Shown: positions 48,588 through 59,210 of the stretch, piece after piece | Position numbering within the stretch: position 1 is the first letter of the stretch | Layout of the letters: the number at the start of each line of letters is the position of its first letter | Assembly: GCA_050950765.1 (NCBI GenBank) | Contig: JBMNIF010000003.1 | Span: 64,001 to 128,000 of the forward strand | From: Bdellovibrionota bacterium | GTDB lineage: Bacteria; Bdellovibrionota_C; UBA2361; JAAYZI01 | DNA length: 64,000 bases | Direction: 5' to 3' | Position numbers and translations under genes: made by a program | Notes under the pieces: model-generated | What the model saw: the letters and a program-made list of their open reading frames with translations, nothing else | Told to the model about the DNA's origin: nothing | Database searches by the model: none

Positions 48588-50945
48588 TTACTTCCTTGTT
48601 TTGTTATATTCCGTACAAGCATCGATGAGAACGGTATTTTCTTGCGGAGTTCCTACGGTAATTCTTAAACAATTTTCACACGAAGTAGTATCTGATCTAT
48701 CACGCACAATAACCCCTTTCTCTCTTAAAAATTGATAACACTCTTTAGCGTCATCAAACTTTACCAATAAAAAATTAGCATCAGAAGGATAAACCTTTTC
48801 TACGCACTTTAAGGTCGTCAGCTGCTTCAATAGCTTTTCTCTCTCCTTAAGTAAAACCTCTTGCATCGCCTCCTTCTTAGGAAGGGATGCTAAAGCACTT
48901 AAAGCGGCTTTAATCGTCAGTTCATTGATATTGTATGGTGGCTTTATCGTATTTAAGAGTTCTACGATCTCCTTTGAAGCAAAGAGCATCCCCAACCTAG
49001 CACCAGCCATCCCCCACGCCTTTGAAAAGGTCTGCAACACTACAAGATTCGGATGAGTATCCAATAACGTTAGCGCCGATTTCTCCTTAGAAAAATCAAT
49101 ATAAGCTTCATCCAGTACAACGATACCGTCAAAGTCAGAGAGGATCTTGTTTATAGCTCCTGGATTTAAGGTGTTTCCTGTCGGATTATTAGGAGAGCAG
49201 ATAAAGATCAACTTCGTTAGTGGTGTGACCTCCTTTAAAACCCCTTCTGTATCAATCTGAAAATTGTGATCTAAGTTTACCTTTTTTAAGTAAACGTCAT
49301 TTATAGCAGCGCAAACTTCATACATCCCGTAAGTCGGAGGCATAATGATGACATTATCAAGACTTGGATTGCAAAACGCCCTATAAAGTAGATCGATAGC
49401 TTCATCACTACCGTTCGCTAACAAGATCTGATCAGAAGCGACCCCTTTTATCTTCGCCAGTTTTTCTTTGACGGTACGTTGATACGGATCAGGGTATCTG
49501 TTAATTGTTTCTTCCGAAACAGATCCGATACTATTTTCATTAGCATCTAAAAGAATGCCGTTTCCATCAAATTCATGTCTAGCACAAACATACGGCGTAA
49601 GCTTTTTAATATTCTCTCTAACTAATCTTGACAACGAAAATGTTGCGGAGAAATTTTGTGTTAGATCTGCGAGTCTAACTGCAACAGCTTGCGCATGAGC
49701 TTCTAGCCCCTCTGCTTTAGCCATCTCCTCCGCTGCAAAACCGATACTATTAACCCCCACGCTATCTAACGTTTGAAATGTAATTTTTTTAACGAAGCTA
49801 TCAAGTGAGACACCACTATAAGCGTGCGCAGCACCACAGGTTGGAAGGGTATGATTTACTCCAGCTACGTAATCGCCAAACGACTCCGCTGCAAAATTAC
49901 CAAGAAAAACAGATCCCGCAGAGATAACCTTATCTGCCAAAGACTGTGGGTCTTTAACAGCTAAAACAAGGTGTTCAGGGGCATATAAATTAGAAAAGTG
50001 TATCGCTTCTTCTAATGTTTTTAAAACAACGATCCGGCTATGGCTTAAAGCTTCTTGCATAATCTCTCGGCGTGCAGCAACTTTTAACTGCAGATCCAAC
50101 TCACTTTGAATCTGCGGTAAAATTTTTTCAGATGTTGTGACAAGTATCACTTGGCTATCTGGACCATGCTCTGCTTGAGATAAGAGATCTGCTGCCACAT
50201 AACGGGGATTGCAGAACTCATCTGCAATAACAAGAACCTCTGTTGGACCAGCTGGCATATCGATCGCCACAGCTGCTTGAGCTGCAACCATAGTTTTAGC
50301 TGCTGTAACGTACTGATTGCCTGGACCAAAAATTTTATAGACTCTGGGAATCGATTCAGTACCAAACGCCATAGCAGCGATAGCTTGAGCCCCCCCTACT
50401 CTGAAGATCTTTTTAACTCCGGCCTGCTGCGCTGCATATAAAATTGTCGGATTAATCTGCCCCTCTTTATTAGGTGGCGTGCAAAGGATTATTTCACTAC
50501 ATCCAGCCACACTTGCTGGGATCGCTAACATTAAAACAGTCGAGAAAAGCGGAGCCCTCCCCCCTGGGATGTACAAGCCAACTTTTTCTATCGGAAGTGA
50601 TCTTCTCCAACACTGCACCCCTTTTGCCGTTTCAATGCGTCGAACAGGTTCAAAGTGGGACTGATGAAAAGTAGTAATAGTTTTACGCGCTGTTTCAATA
50701 GATTGTTTTAATTTCGTGGGAATACTTTTTAGTGCGCTATCAATCTCTCCTTGAGGTACTAATAAAGAATCAGGTTTAACGCCGTCAAACTTAAGGGAAT
50801 ACTCATATAACGCTGCATCCCCTCTAGTACGCACTTCATGCAAGACAGATCCCACTACGGCACTTAGCTCTTTAGCTTCAATGGCAGGACGAGCAATAAG
50901 ACGCTCCCACTCCTTTTTGGCAGGATATAAAAATATATTTTCCAT
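48588..50945 (-). CDS. hisD: Fused histidinol dehydrogenase / histidinol-phosphate aminotransferase (HisD-HisC)
   Basis: HisD motifs [44 protein letters not shown], then in frame HisC motifs [44 protein letters not shown]. Confidence 0.93.
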   Translation of the reverse strand: MENIFLYPAKKEWERLIARPAIEAKELSAVVGSVLHEVRTRGDAALYEYSLKFDGVKPDSLLVPQGEIDSALKSIPTKLKQSIETARKTITTFHQSHFEPVRRIETAKGVQCWRRSLPIEKVGLYIPGGRAPLFSTVLMLAIPASVAGCSEIILCTPPNKEGQINPTILYAAQQAGVKKIFRVGGAQAIAAMAFGTESIPRVYKIFGPGNQYVTAAKTMVAAQAAVAIDMPAGPTEVLVIADEFCNPRYVAADLLSQAEHGPDSQVILVTTSEKILPQIQSELDLQLKVAARREIMQEALSHSRIVVLKTLEEAIHFSNLYAPEHLVLAVKDPQSLADKVISAGSVFLGNFAAESFGDYVAGVNHTLPTCGAAHAYSGVSLDSFVKKITFQTLDSVGVNSIGFAAEEMAKAEGLEAHAQAVAVRLADLTQNFSATFSLSRLVRENIKKLTPYVCARHEFDGNGILLDANENSIGSVSEETINRYPDPYQRTVKEKLAKIKGVASDQILLANGSDEAIDLLYRAFCNPSLDNVIIMPPTYGMYEVCAAINDVYLKKVNLDHNFQIDTEGVLKEVTPLTKLIFICSPNNPTGNTLNPGAINKILSDFDGIVVLDEAYIDFSKEKSALTLLDTHPNLVVLQTFSKAWGMAGARLGMLFASKEIVELLNTIKPPYNINELTIKAALSALASLPKKEAMQEVLLKEREKLLKQLTTLKCVEKVYPSDANFLLVKFDDAKECYQFLREKGVIVRDRSDTTSCENCLRITVGTPQENTVLIDACTEYNKTRK

Positions 50946-51133
50946 AATAATTCCAATAAAATAAGCGAAGATCTAAGGCGTTTATGGTAAGGCAATTATC
51001 AGGAGATGTCGATACGGAATATCTTTATTTTCTCTCTTCTCTTCCTAAGCAACTGGGATATCCCGCTTGCCTCGATAAGAGAAATTGCTTAAAACAACGA
51101 CGTTCATCCATTTTAAAGGGATATCAAAATATT

Positions 51134-51985
51134 ATGTTTCAATTAGCAATACAAAAATCTGGACGACTTAGTGAAGACTCCCTGAATTTAGTAAAAGAGT
51201 GCGGGATAGCCCTTAACAGGCACGATAATCGTCTAAAGACACAAGCGTTAAACTTTCCCATCGAGATCCTCTTCTTACGGGATGACGATATCCCAGAGTA
51301 TATCGCTGACGGTGTAGTCGATGCTGGGATTGTCGGCGAAAATATGTTGATTGAGAGCAAGAAAGAAGTTGTAGTAGTAGAAAAACTCGGCTTTTCAAAG
51401 TGTCGCTTGTGCATGGCAGTTCCAAACAGTGCAACTTATGATGGTATTAACACCTTAAACGGAAAAAGCATTGCAACCAGCTATCCTGTTTCATTGCAAA
51501 AATTCCTAGATACACACAACATTAAAGCAACTATCAAAGTTATCAGCGGCTCTACGGAGATCGCACCAAGTATAGGTTTGGCTGATGCTATTTGTGATAT
51601 CGTTAGCTCCGGCAGCACCCTTATCAGTAACGGTTTACGCGAAGTTGAAACAGTTCTTAAATCTGAAGCTGTACTAGCAAGACATAAAACTCTTTCTCCT
51701 GAAAAAAATAAGATCTTTGAAGATCTTTTATTTAGAATTCAAGCCGTGCTTCGTGCTAGGCGATTTAAATACATCCTTTTGAATGCACCTGATGCGAAGT
51801 TAAATAATATTATAGCTGCTCTTCCTGGTTTACGCGCTCCAACTGTAATGCCACTTGCAGAGAGTGGCTGGAGCTCTGTACATACTGTTATTCAGGAAGA
51901 TCAATTCTGGGAAAAGATAGGAAAGCTTAAAGATGCTGGAGCAGAAGGGATCTTGGTATTACCGATTGAGAAGCTAATTTATTAA
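51134..51985 (+). CDS. hisG: ATP phosphoribosyltransferase (long form)
   Basis: AIQKSGRL, LRDDDIP, IATSYP, GSTEIAP, DIVSSGSTL, C-terminal regulatory domain; start MFQLAIQ. Confidence 0.96.
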   Translation: MFQLAIQKSGRLSEDSLNLVKECGIALNRHDNRLKTQALNFPIEILFLRDDDIPEYIADGVVDAGIVGENMLIESKKEVVVVEKLGFSKCRLCMAVPNSATYDGINTLNGKSIATSYPVSLQKFLDTHNIKATIKVISGSTEIAPSIGLADAICDIVSSGSTLISNGLREVETVLKSEAVLARHKTLSPEKNKIFEDLLFRIQAVLRARRFKYILLNAPDAKLNNIIAALPGLRAPTVMPLAESGWSSVHTVIQEDQFWEKIGKLKDAGAEGILVLPIEKLIY

Positions 51986-51989
51986 AACC

Positions 51990-52201
51990 ATGAGAAGAGC
52001 TCTTGTTAAATATAATGCCGAGGATCTTCAATCTGCACTCCCCCGACGCTTAGGCATAACCCCCACTTGGAAAGATAGTGCAGAAGAGAGCTTTTTTTGT
52101 TCATCGTGCAATTTTTCCAAGTGTAAGAAAGTTAACCGTACCGTATTTAAAAGAGTACGATATGGGAGAAAAAAAATTTTAAAAATTTTCTAGCACTATG
52201 A
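51990..52201 (+). pseudogene. hisH: Degenerate hisH remnant
   Basis: ALVKYNAEDLQSA..RLGITP resembles the HisH N-terminus and the end resembles HisH GEKILKNFL; lies between hisG and hisA; far shorter than HisH. Confidence 0.6.
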
Positions 52202-52905
52202 TTACAGTTATACCCGCCATAGACCTAATTGAGGGACGTTGCGTCCGCTTAAGCAAAGGAGATTTCTCTAAAAAAACAGTGTACGGAGATCCATTAACTA
52301 TCGCCAAAACTTTTGCTGAAAGTGGTGCGAGATATCTACACTTAGTTGATCTAGATGGTGCTAAAGCAGGCTCTCCTCAACAGATACACCTCTTAGAGTC
52401 TATCGTAAAAGAGACACGGCTTAAGGTTGATTTTAGTGGTGGCATTCGCACCGATTCTGACATCAAAGCCGTATTTTCCGCAGGTGCCTCACAGATCACG
52501 CTAGGGAGTATTGCTCTTAAAAACCCTGAACTCTTTTATCAGTGGTTAGATGAGTATGGTGCAGAAAAAATTATTTTAGCTTCTGATTTTCGAGATGGCT
52601 TGATAGCTCTTTCAGGTTGGACTGAAGCCTCAGAGGTATCGTTACACGATTTTTTAACAACTTTTGTTAAGCGTGGTGGAATTTATACACTTTGCACAGA
52701 TATCTCTCGTGATGGAATGTTAAGTGGACCTGCTTTAAACACCTATCAAGAGATACAAAAAACCTTTCCTACCTTAAAGATCATCGCAAGTGGCGGTATT
52801 AGCTCAAGGAGTGATATCACTGCCCTAAACCAACTCGGACTTTATGGGGTTGTAGTCGGAAAAGCTTTTTTTGAAGGAAAGATCCCCCTTTCCTGTTTTA
52901 ACTGA
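52198..52905 (+). CDS. hisA: ProFAR isomerase
   Basis: IPAIDLIEGRCVRL..GD, LHLVDLDGA, GGIR, TDISRDGMLSGP, IASGG. Confidence 0.95.
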   Translation: MITVIPAIDLIEGRCVRLSKGDFSKKTVYGDPLTIAKTFAESGARYLHLVDLDGAKAGSPQQIHLLESIVKETRLKVDFSGGIRTDSDIKAVFSAGASQITLGSIALKNPELFYQWLDEYGAEKIILASDFRDGLIALSGWTEASEVSLHDFLTTFVKRGGIYTLCTDISRDGMLSGPALNTYQEIQKTFPTLKIIASGGISSRSDITALNQLGLYGVVVGKAFFEGKIPLSCFN

Positions 52906-53253
52906 ACAATAGATCGATTTTTTTCTCTAGCACTCCCTCTCAAATGGTATAACTACTGGGATTTATTGTTTTTTATTTATTTAACGGACGTTCTCCTTAT
53001 CTTCCCATCTTAGCCATCTTGTAATATCATCACTCTGTTTAAGCGAATAACTATTTTTATAAGTTGCTGCTATTTATCCTATTAAAATTATTCTCTTTTT
53101 ATGGTGAATTAATAAATAATGCCTTAGTTCATTTTTTCAGCAGCAAAACATCAAGGTACTACGATTATAGGGCACAGATATAAAAAAGGGATTTAATTCA
53201 ATTGAATTGAATCGGTAATATAAAACAATGGGGAGTATTTTAGTGAGTTTATC

Positions 53254-53658
53254 ATGATTACAAAAAAAGAAATTAAAGAAAAATATCTTAATATTTGTCA
53301 GAAAGTTAGTTCTGCTTACATTGCACCAACAAAATCACAGGCGCAATTTATGTTATTCGCCTTTGGTGTTGTCTTGTTAGCAGCAGGTTTATCTCTTGAT
53401 GCCACGGCATATGTAGGTGGTTCAGCAACAATCAACTACAATGATGTCCGTTTATCTGATGCAACAAACGCCATCTTGACCTATATCGAAGGAACCTTCG
53501 GTGCTATGGTTATGGTCGGTGCCGGTATCATGGCGATTTTAAGCTCTGCCTTTGGTCAATACCGTGCAGCTTTAGGGTTATTAGTCGTCGCAGTTGGAGC
53601 TTTCATCTTACGTTCTCTGATCGGAACGTTCTTTAACGACGTTAATATCCAGAGTTAA
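53254..53658 (+). CDS. TrbC/VirB2-like pilin precursor
   Basis: Long leader ending ATA, then ILTYIEGTFG followed by two hydrophobic helices (AILSSAFG.. / GLLVVAVGAFILRSL). Confidence 0.6.
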   Translation: MITKKEIKEKYLNICQKVSSAYIAPTKSQAQFMLFAFGVVLLAAGLSLDATAYVGGSATINYNDVRLSDATNAILTYIEGTFGAMVMVGAGIMAILSSAFGQYRAALGLLVVAVGAFILRSLIGTFFNDVNIQS

Positions 53659-53709
53659 GCTTTATATTTAGAGGTGTTTGAGAAACACCACTAATTTATA
53701 AGACAAGAT

Positions 53710-53752
53710 AGGGGAAAAGGTTCTATTATGAAACTTTTCCCCTTATTTTTTT
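53710..53752 (+). terminator. Intrinsic terminator after the pilin-like gene
   Basis: AGGGGAAAAG / CTTTTCCCCT followed by TATTTTTTT. Confidence 0.75.
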
Positions 53753-53910
53753 CATACAAAGATCTTACCCCCCTCTCAAATAAAAGATATCACTTCCTTA
53801 GGAAACACCTCTTAGGTGTATAATTTTTTTTATTCAAGGATAAGATCTATGGCTTTAACTTAGATTAGAAATGTGGACGGAGAGAGGTTCAAATAAGTTC
53901 TGTCACTACC

Positions 53911-53946
53911 AAAAAAGGCACCCCATTTAGAGGTGCCTTTTCTTTT
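53911..53946. terminator. Bidirectional terminator downstream of the RRM gene
   Basis: AAAAGGCACC / GGTGCCTTTT with flanking A/T runs. Confidence 0.75.
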
Positions 53947-53970
53947 GTCAAATTATTATGTTCAGATACT

Positions 53971-54351
53971 TTAGTATTTAGAACCACCGTGACGAGGACC
54001 ACCACGGCTTCCGCCACGATCGCCACCTCTGTCACCACCGCGGAATCCTCCGCCACGACCACCACGATCGCCGCCACCTCTAAAGCCGCCACGACCACCA
54101 CCGGCAACTTGAGGACGAGCCTCGTTAATCTTTAAGTTTTTTCCATCAAGCTCATAACCATCAAGATCCTCGATAGCTTGCATGGCCTCAGCATCATCGT
54201 TAAATTCAACGAATCCGAAACCACGAGATTCACCAGAAAACTTATCAGTAATAATCTTTACTGAAGCTACAGAACTATAGGCTGCAAAAGCGTCCCGAAG
54301 AGCTTCTTCGGAAGTCCGATAGGAGATATTCCCCACATACAATTTTTTCAT
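53971..54351 (-). CDS. RRM RNA-binding protein with RGG/Gly-rich tail
   Basis: RNP2 LYVGNI, RNP1 RGFGFVEF, INEAR, repeated GGRGGFRGG. Confidence 0.95.
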   Translation of the reverse strand: MKKLYVGNISYRTSEEALRDAFAAYSSVASVKIITDKFSGESRGFGFVEFNDDAEAMQAIEDLDGYELDGKNLKINEARPQVAGGGRGGFRGGGDRGGRGGGFRGGDRGGDRGGSRGGPRHGGSKY

Positions 54352-54809
54352 TATTATCTCTCAAAGAAAGTATTCAAAATTTATCACCTCGGGCAAATAC
54401 TAACCGATACCACTTACAATAGTATAAGAGATATCAATAAATCCCCATTCGTTGTTCGAGATTGGACTCAGACGGAATTGCAACCGAGCGATCTGACAGA
54501 CTAACGGTGATAAACAGATCCAATCTAACACCGTTCGCCACTTTATACAAGCAAAGATATTATCCCGTTTATACCTTAAATCTGGTGTAACTATCTGAAA
54601 AAGATTCAGAAATCTTAAGAAAGAGCTACTTTGTAATTCACCTCACTAAGGGTGTGAAAGGGAGTGTAAGGAAGGAAGAAAGAGGTGTTTTTAGAATGAG
54701 ATAACTAAGAAGGAGAGTGTAAAGAGGTGCAAATTCAGATACTAGATAGATGAGTATAAAACTACGATAGATAAGGGGCGAGGGAGTTTTTATTAGGTGA
54801 AGTAAAAAC

Positions 54810-56291
54810 TCAATTCAGAGACTCCTTTACCTGTTCCTCCCAAAGTGATGTTTTATCAGAGCTCCCTAATTTTAATAGCTTCACACCTTCTAAGGCGGTC
54901 AAAATAGAATCATCCATATTATTATATTTGTGTTGACCGTTTCGCCCTATGCAATACAGATTACTTATCGTGTTCAAGTAGTCTTTAATATCACCAAAAT
55001 ATTCATACACTCCAAAATATGCAGGATACGCTTTCTCCACCCTTATCATAGTTGTGTCCAGCACCTGCGTCTCATCAATAAAATCTAATTTTACAAGCTC
55101 TTTTATTGCATACTGTATAAAATCTTTATCATTCATACTCCACAGTGCATCACCCTCACTACAAAAATATTCGAGCCCTACCAACGTTGTATGTTCAGGA
55201 TCTCTTAATAAATAAGGGGACCAGTTACTAAAGATTTGTATGCGACCTAAACTAAGAGTATCGTCTTGAACATATATCCAATTATCAGGGAATGCTGCTA
55301 TTTTACTCTTACTTGGATCTTTTTTTAAGAGAACTCCAACTATAATAAAATCTCTATAAGGCAAATTATTAGAGATCTCTGTGATCTCTTTTGAGGCAGG
55401 GAGTAAAGAGATCAATTCAGAGATCGGCATAGAAGAAAATAGTGCGTCGCACTCAATTTTTGTTATTTCACCACCATTATTCTTATACGTTATATCTTTG
55501 ATACTTTCTTGGGTATCATCTAAGGTAATTGAGGCTACGCGACTATTAAGTATAACTTCACCACCATTTTTAATAACCTCAGCAGCTATTTTTTCATACA
55601 ACTGACCTAGACCGTATTTGGGATACCAAAAAGTATCTATCAGCGATGTCGTATCAGTTTTATATCTCTTATTAAAGATCTTTCTTAACGCTTCAGAACA
55701 AACTTTCATAATAGATAGAGATTTTATCCTTTGATCCCCCCAAGATGGCGAAATATATCTTGGATGTTTTCCCCAGACCTTCTCTGTATATTTTTCAAAA
55801 AATAACCTATATAAAGTTTTCCCGAAACGCTTTATATAAAAATCTTCAAGGGTATTACATTTTTTACGATAAAACATGGCTAGAAAATAACTAACTGCAC
55901 TTCTAAGTGTCCTTCCTAACCCTAAGTTAATAAATGTAATAGGCTCGATAGTAATTGGATAGGAAAAAAACTTTCCAAAAGCGAATATCCTTGAAATTCT
56001 GTTCCTTACTAACATCACATCATCTGAATTAGCATTATTATTGCTCTGTTCATTTTGCAATGGAAGAAAATAACACCAAAAGTCATTTACAACAGAGCTT
56101 TTGGAAAAAAAACGGTGTCCTCCTAAATCTATACAGTTCCCATTAAAGTTAACCGTTTTACTAATTCCTCCAACTTGAGAATCTTTTTCTATTACTGTTA
56201 CTTGATATCTTTTATCTTTTGAAAGCTCATATGCGGCAGCTAAACCAGCAGGACCACCACCAATTATCACTATCTTTTTTATTTTACCCAT
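54810..56291 (-). CDS. NAD(P)/FAD-dependent oxidoreductase (HemY / UDP-galactopyranose mutase-like)
   Basis: IIGGGPAGLAAA, VGGISKT, DLGGHRFFS, IGRNGQHKYNNMD. Confidence 0.88.
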   Translation of the reverse strand: MGKIKKIVIIGGGPAGLAAAYELSKDKRYQVTVIEKDSQVGGISKTVNFNGNCIDLGGHRFFSKSSVVNDFWCYFLPLQNEQSNNNANSDDVMLVRNRISRIFAFGKFFSYPITIEPITFINLGLGRTLRSAVSYFLAMFYRKKCNTLEDFYIKRFGKTLYRLFFEKYTEKVWGKHPRYISPSWGDQRIKSLSIMKVCSEALRKIFNKRYKTDTTSLIDTFWYPKYGLGQLYEKIAAEVIKNGGEVILNSRVASITLDDTQESIKDITYKNNGGEITKIECDALFSSMPISELISLLPASKEITEISNNLPYRDFIIVGVLLKKDPSKSKIAAFPDNWIYVQDDTLSLGRIQIFSNWSPYLLRDPEHTTLVGLEYFCSEGDALWSMNDKDFIQYAIKELVKLDFIDETQVLDTTMIRVEKAYPAYFGVYEYFGDIKDYLNTISNLYCIGRNGQHKYNNMDDSILTALEGVKLLKLGSSDKTSLWEEQVKESLN

Positions 56292-56473
56292 ATTTTAAAA
56301 TTACAAAAAACATAATATTCCTGTTGGTTCAAAAATAAATCGGAATTTATGGATTGATTATATATTTCTTAAAACAATGGCAAAAGACTCTTATTTCTAT
56401 CAGCTAGATCTCTTTCAACTATGCAATTTTCTTTAGTAAATATGCTGGATCTATCTTATCTTCTTTCTATTTA

Positions 56474-58822
56474 TTATTGAAGCTTAATTCCCACATCTCG
56501 AATTTTCTCTCGAATCTGCTTACGTAAGCGTGCCGTAGGTTCAACTTTTAAAGCATCCAATAATATTTTCAACTGTATCGAATCTGTTGGATTAAGTCGA
56601 GCGTACGCCATAGCACGAGCTAAAGGTTCCTTATGTTGCACCAACTCTTTTAAAGTCTCATTAGAACTATTCCACTCTTTATCTTTTAAATACCGCGTAA
56701 CAGCGACATTAAAAGGATCGTCAATAAACATCTTTCGTGCTAAGAGAAGTTTTAGGGAAGTGTTTAAGTCTGGCTCAAGCTCAAACCATTCTTCAAACAA
56801 CCTGTACTGCAAGTTTTTTTTCATTGCTATGGTTGAAACAAATGACACTAGCTGTTTTCTTGTTAATGGAAGGTTAGGATCTACCAAGACTGCTATCGTA
56901 TCTTGACTATTTTTAGGAAGAAAACGTTTTAATAGAAGTGCCGCAGCCGAAGCTTTTATTTCAGCATCAGGACACGTCAAAAGATCAGCATAATCTTCAA
57001 CCTTTAAAGATTCGTCCATAGGAAGATCTGACATAAAGAGCTTCATCTTTATAGGGGTAGGTTTTATTTTCCAATTAACAGGGCTGGGAGCGTTAATCCA
57101 ATCCGTCAACTTTCGCCCCACCCCGTTACCTCTGGAGATAGCCTCAAAGATCTGTTCCCCTGAAAACTTTTGATGCGGAAACGAACTTATTAAAAGGATC
57201 TGTTTTACCAAAACATTTTGATCTTTTATCGCACTAAAAAACGTAGTTAACTCTTCGGGAGAGGCCATGCCTGTTAAGATCTTGGCGGCTGCAATCGTAA
57301 CGTCATCCCCTAAAGAGGTACCCTTATCCATATCTTCAAAAATAGTTCCGATCGGAGCGACTAAAGTGAAGAGAACCTGTACAGAAATTTTATTTAGATC
57401 TTCAAGGTTATTTTTACCATCTCGAGTGGCAACTATGGCAAAAAGAACCCCTGGATGAAGCCCTTCAAGGCTCGGCACAACAGAAGAGTCCTGCATAATA
57501 TTAGAGAGCCCCAAATGAAACGCTATCGATCGATCTCTCTCATTAAGTTTAGACTCCCACCGAGAATCAAAGGCGATCTGTAATAGATCAACTTGCACCC
57601 CCGCTTTACGCCCTCCACTCATAACATCTTTTTGAATAATTAACTGCGCATTAATATCCCCGTTCACGGCAGCTTCAGCCACCTTTGCCATCACCGAAGG
57701 AATTCCTGTTTGCCACAATTCGCCATATGAAGCCCCTGAAAGGGTTTTAGGATCTAAAGAAAGATATCCATTTCTAAAAAGGATAAAGCCAGCTGCTAAA
57801 ACGGTCACAATAAGAAGCCACAGAAAACTTCCTTCTTTTTTCTTAGGAGAACTCTCTACGTCGTCTTTTTTTTCAGGGGTAGCAATACTACTACCTTGAG
57901 AAGGTTTTAGAACTTCCCCCGCACTACTATCACTCGTCCCCCCTTCAGATTTAAGAGAATCTTGCTGAACGGAGAGATTTTCGCCTAGAACTCGACCGAG
58001 ACGCAACTCATCATCAGGTGCTGCTTTTTGAAAAGCACTCTGCTTATGCGACATCTTTGGCTCTGAAGAAAACACCTTTCTAACCATCCGTATATTCGGA
58101 CGACGTGCCGGAACGGGATCAAGCATAGCTTGTAAGATCTCATATTGTTCCGGAGTTAACATCCTCCCCAACACCTCTTGAAAGATAAGCCCCAATCCAA
58201 AGATATCTGTTGCCTTAGAGATCGAAGTGTTTTGCAACAACTCAGGCGCAAAATCTTCCACACTGCTACGCGTAGCATGCACCGCAGCAAACGCAAAATC
58301 CACAACGTTTACTGTTTCAGAGTCTATAGCAATATTAGACAAGGAAAGGTGTCCGTGCACTATACCTGAATTGTGCCAAAAATTAACGGCTTTCAGTAAT
58401 TGCGAGATCAGATCTTGTGTTGAAATGCCGATAGCTGCTTTATAAAAAGCACCGAACTCGGCTAATGTCTTTTGATAAAACGGTCGAGCTTGCCAGATAC
58501 GATGACCAATAACACCTGCTGCCGTAATCGAGACGGAGTGCAAATTAGGCAAACGTTTCAAAAGATCATCAATCTCTGAAAAGAAAGTATTATCGAAGGA
58601 TCTTTCAGGATTACTAAAACGGATTACCTTTAACTCACCAGCATCAAGGATGAGGGGTCTAATATCCCAATCTGACGCTCCTACAATAGCACCTACAAAC
58701 ACTCCTGAAAGTTCAGTTAAGGCGATATACTCTTCAGCCAATTTCTTTTGCTCAGAAGAAAGCACCTCCGGTGTTATCACTAACGGTGCTTGAGCGATAT
58801 GTCGATCACCTCTAAAATCCAT
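56474..58822 (-). CDS. Membrane protein with N-terminal Ser/Thr-kinase-like (probably pseudokinase) domain and helical/HEAT-like C-terminus
   Basis: IVHGHLSLSNI, VDFAFA, FAPE, ATDIFGLG, MLDPVPARRP; central TM FLWLLIVTVLAAGFILF. Confidence 0.75.
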   Translation of the reverse strand: MDFRGDRHIAQAPLVITPEVLSSEQKKLAEEYIALTELSGVFVGAIVGASDWDIRPLILDAGELKVIRFSNPERSFDNTFFSEIDDLLKRLPNLHSVSITAAGVIGHRIWQARPFYQKTLAEFGAFYKAAIGISTQDLISQLLKAVNFWHNSGIVHGHLSLSNIAIDSETVNVVDFAFAAVHATRSSVEDFAPELLQNTSISKATDIFGLGLIFQEVLGRMLTPEQYEILQAMLDPVPARRPNIRMVRKVFSSEPKMSHKQSAFQKAAPDDELRLGRVLGENLSVQQDSLKSEGGTSDSSAGEVLKPSQGSSIATPEKKDDVESSPKKKEGSFLWLLIVTVLAAGFILFRNGYLSLDPKTLSGASYGELWQTGIPSVMAKVAEAAVNGDINAQLIIQKDVMSGGRKAGVQVDLLQIAFDSRWESKLNERDRSIAFHLGLSNIMQDSSVVPSLEGLHPGVLFAIVATRDGKNNLEDLNKISVQVLFTLVAPIGTIFEDMDKGTSLGDDVTIAAAKILTGMASPEELTTFFSAIKDQNVLVKQILLISSFPHQKFSGEQIFEAISRGNGVGRKLTDWINAPSPVNWKIKPTPIKMKLFMSDLPMDESLKVEDYADLLTCPDAEIKASAAALLLKRFLPKNSQDTIAVLVDPNLPLTRKQLVSFVSTIAMKKNLQYRLFEEWFELEPDLNTSLKLLLARKMFIDDPFNVAVTRYLKDKEWNSSNETLKELVQHKEPLARAMAYARLNPTDSIQLKILLDALKVEPTARLRKQIREKIRDVGIKLQ

Positions 58823-59210
58823 AGTATCCCGTCGCTTTTTCCACAGGGCGGCACAAGAGAAAGTATTTTTACGCCTACTTTTTAAAATTCACAGCGGTGA
58901 TCTTATCTGGAACACCATAAATAAAAAAAACGTCTCCTCTTATGTTATATCACTCTGCCTAATTCTTTCAATTAAGAGAATAAAAATAGATCTTTTTTCT
59001 TTATTAGGGGGAAAAATCAGTTTTCTCTTGATATTAAACATCCAAAGGACTCCCACAGAGAGCTCCTATATGTTAAAATCATGCGATCTTTAAAGGTGCA
59101 GCTGTTTCACTCTATTTCTACTTTTGCGGTATAAAAGACGTTTTGCTATAAACTACATCCGTTTATGTACTTAATACGATTTATGTTTTTTTATTTATTT
59201 ATACTTTTCT

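Noticed and set aside
50984..51133. N-terminal extension of the hisG ORF (similarly the extensions on dnaE, nitroreductase, hisB and the transposase)
   Set aside because: Family homology and, in most cases, an RBS point to downstream starts.
54640..54800. Purine-rich degenerate AGAGTGTAA/AGAGGTG repeats
   Set aside because: Too short and irregular to define a repeat unit or function.
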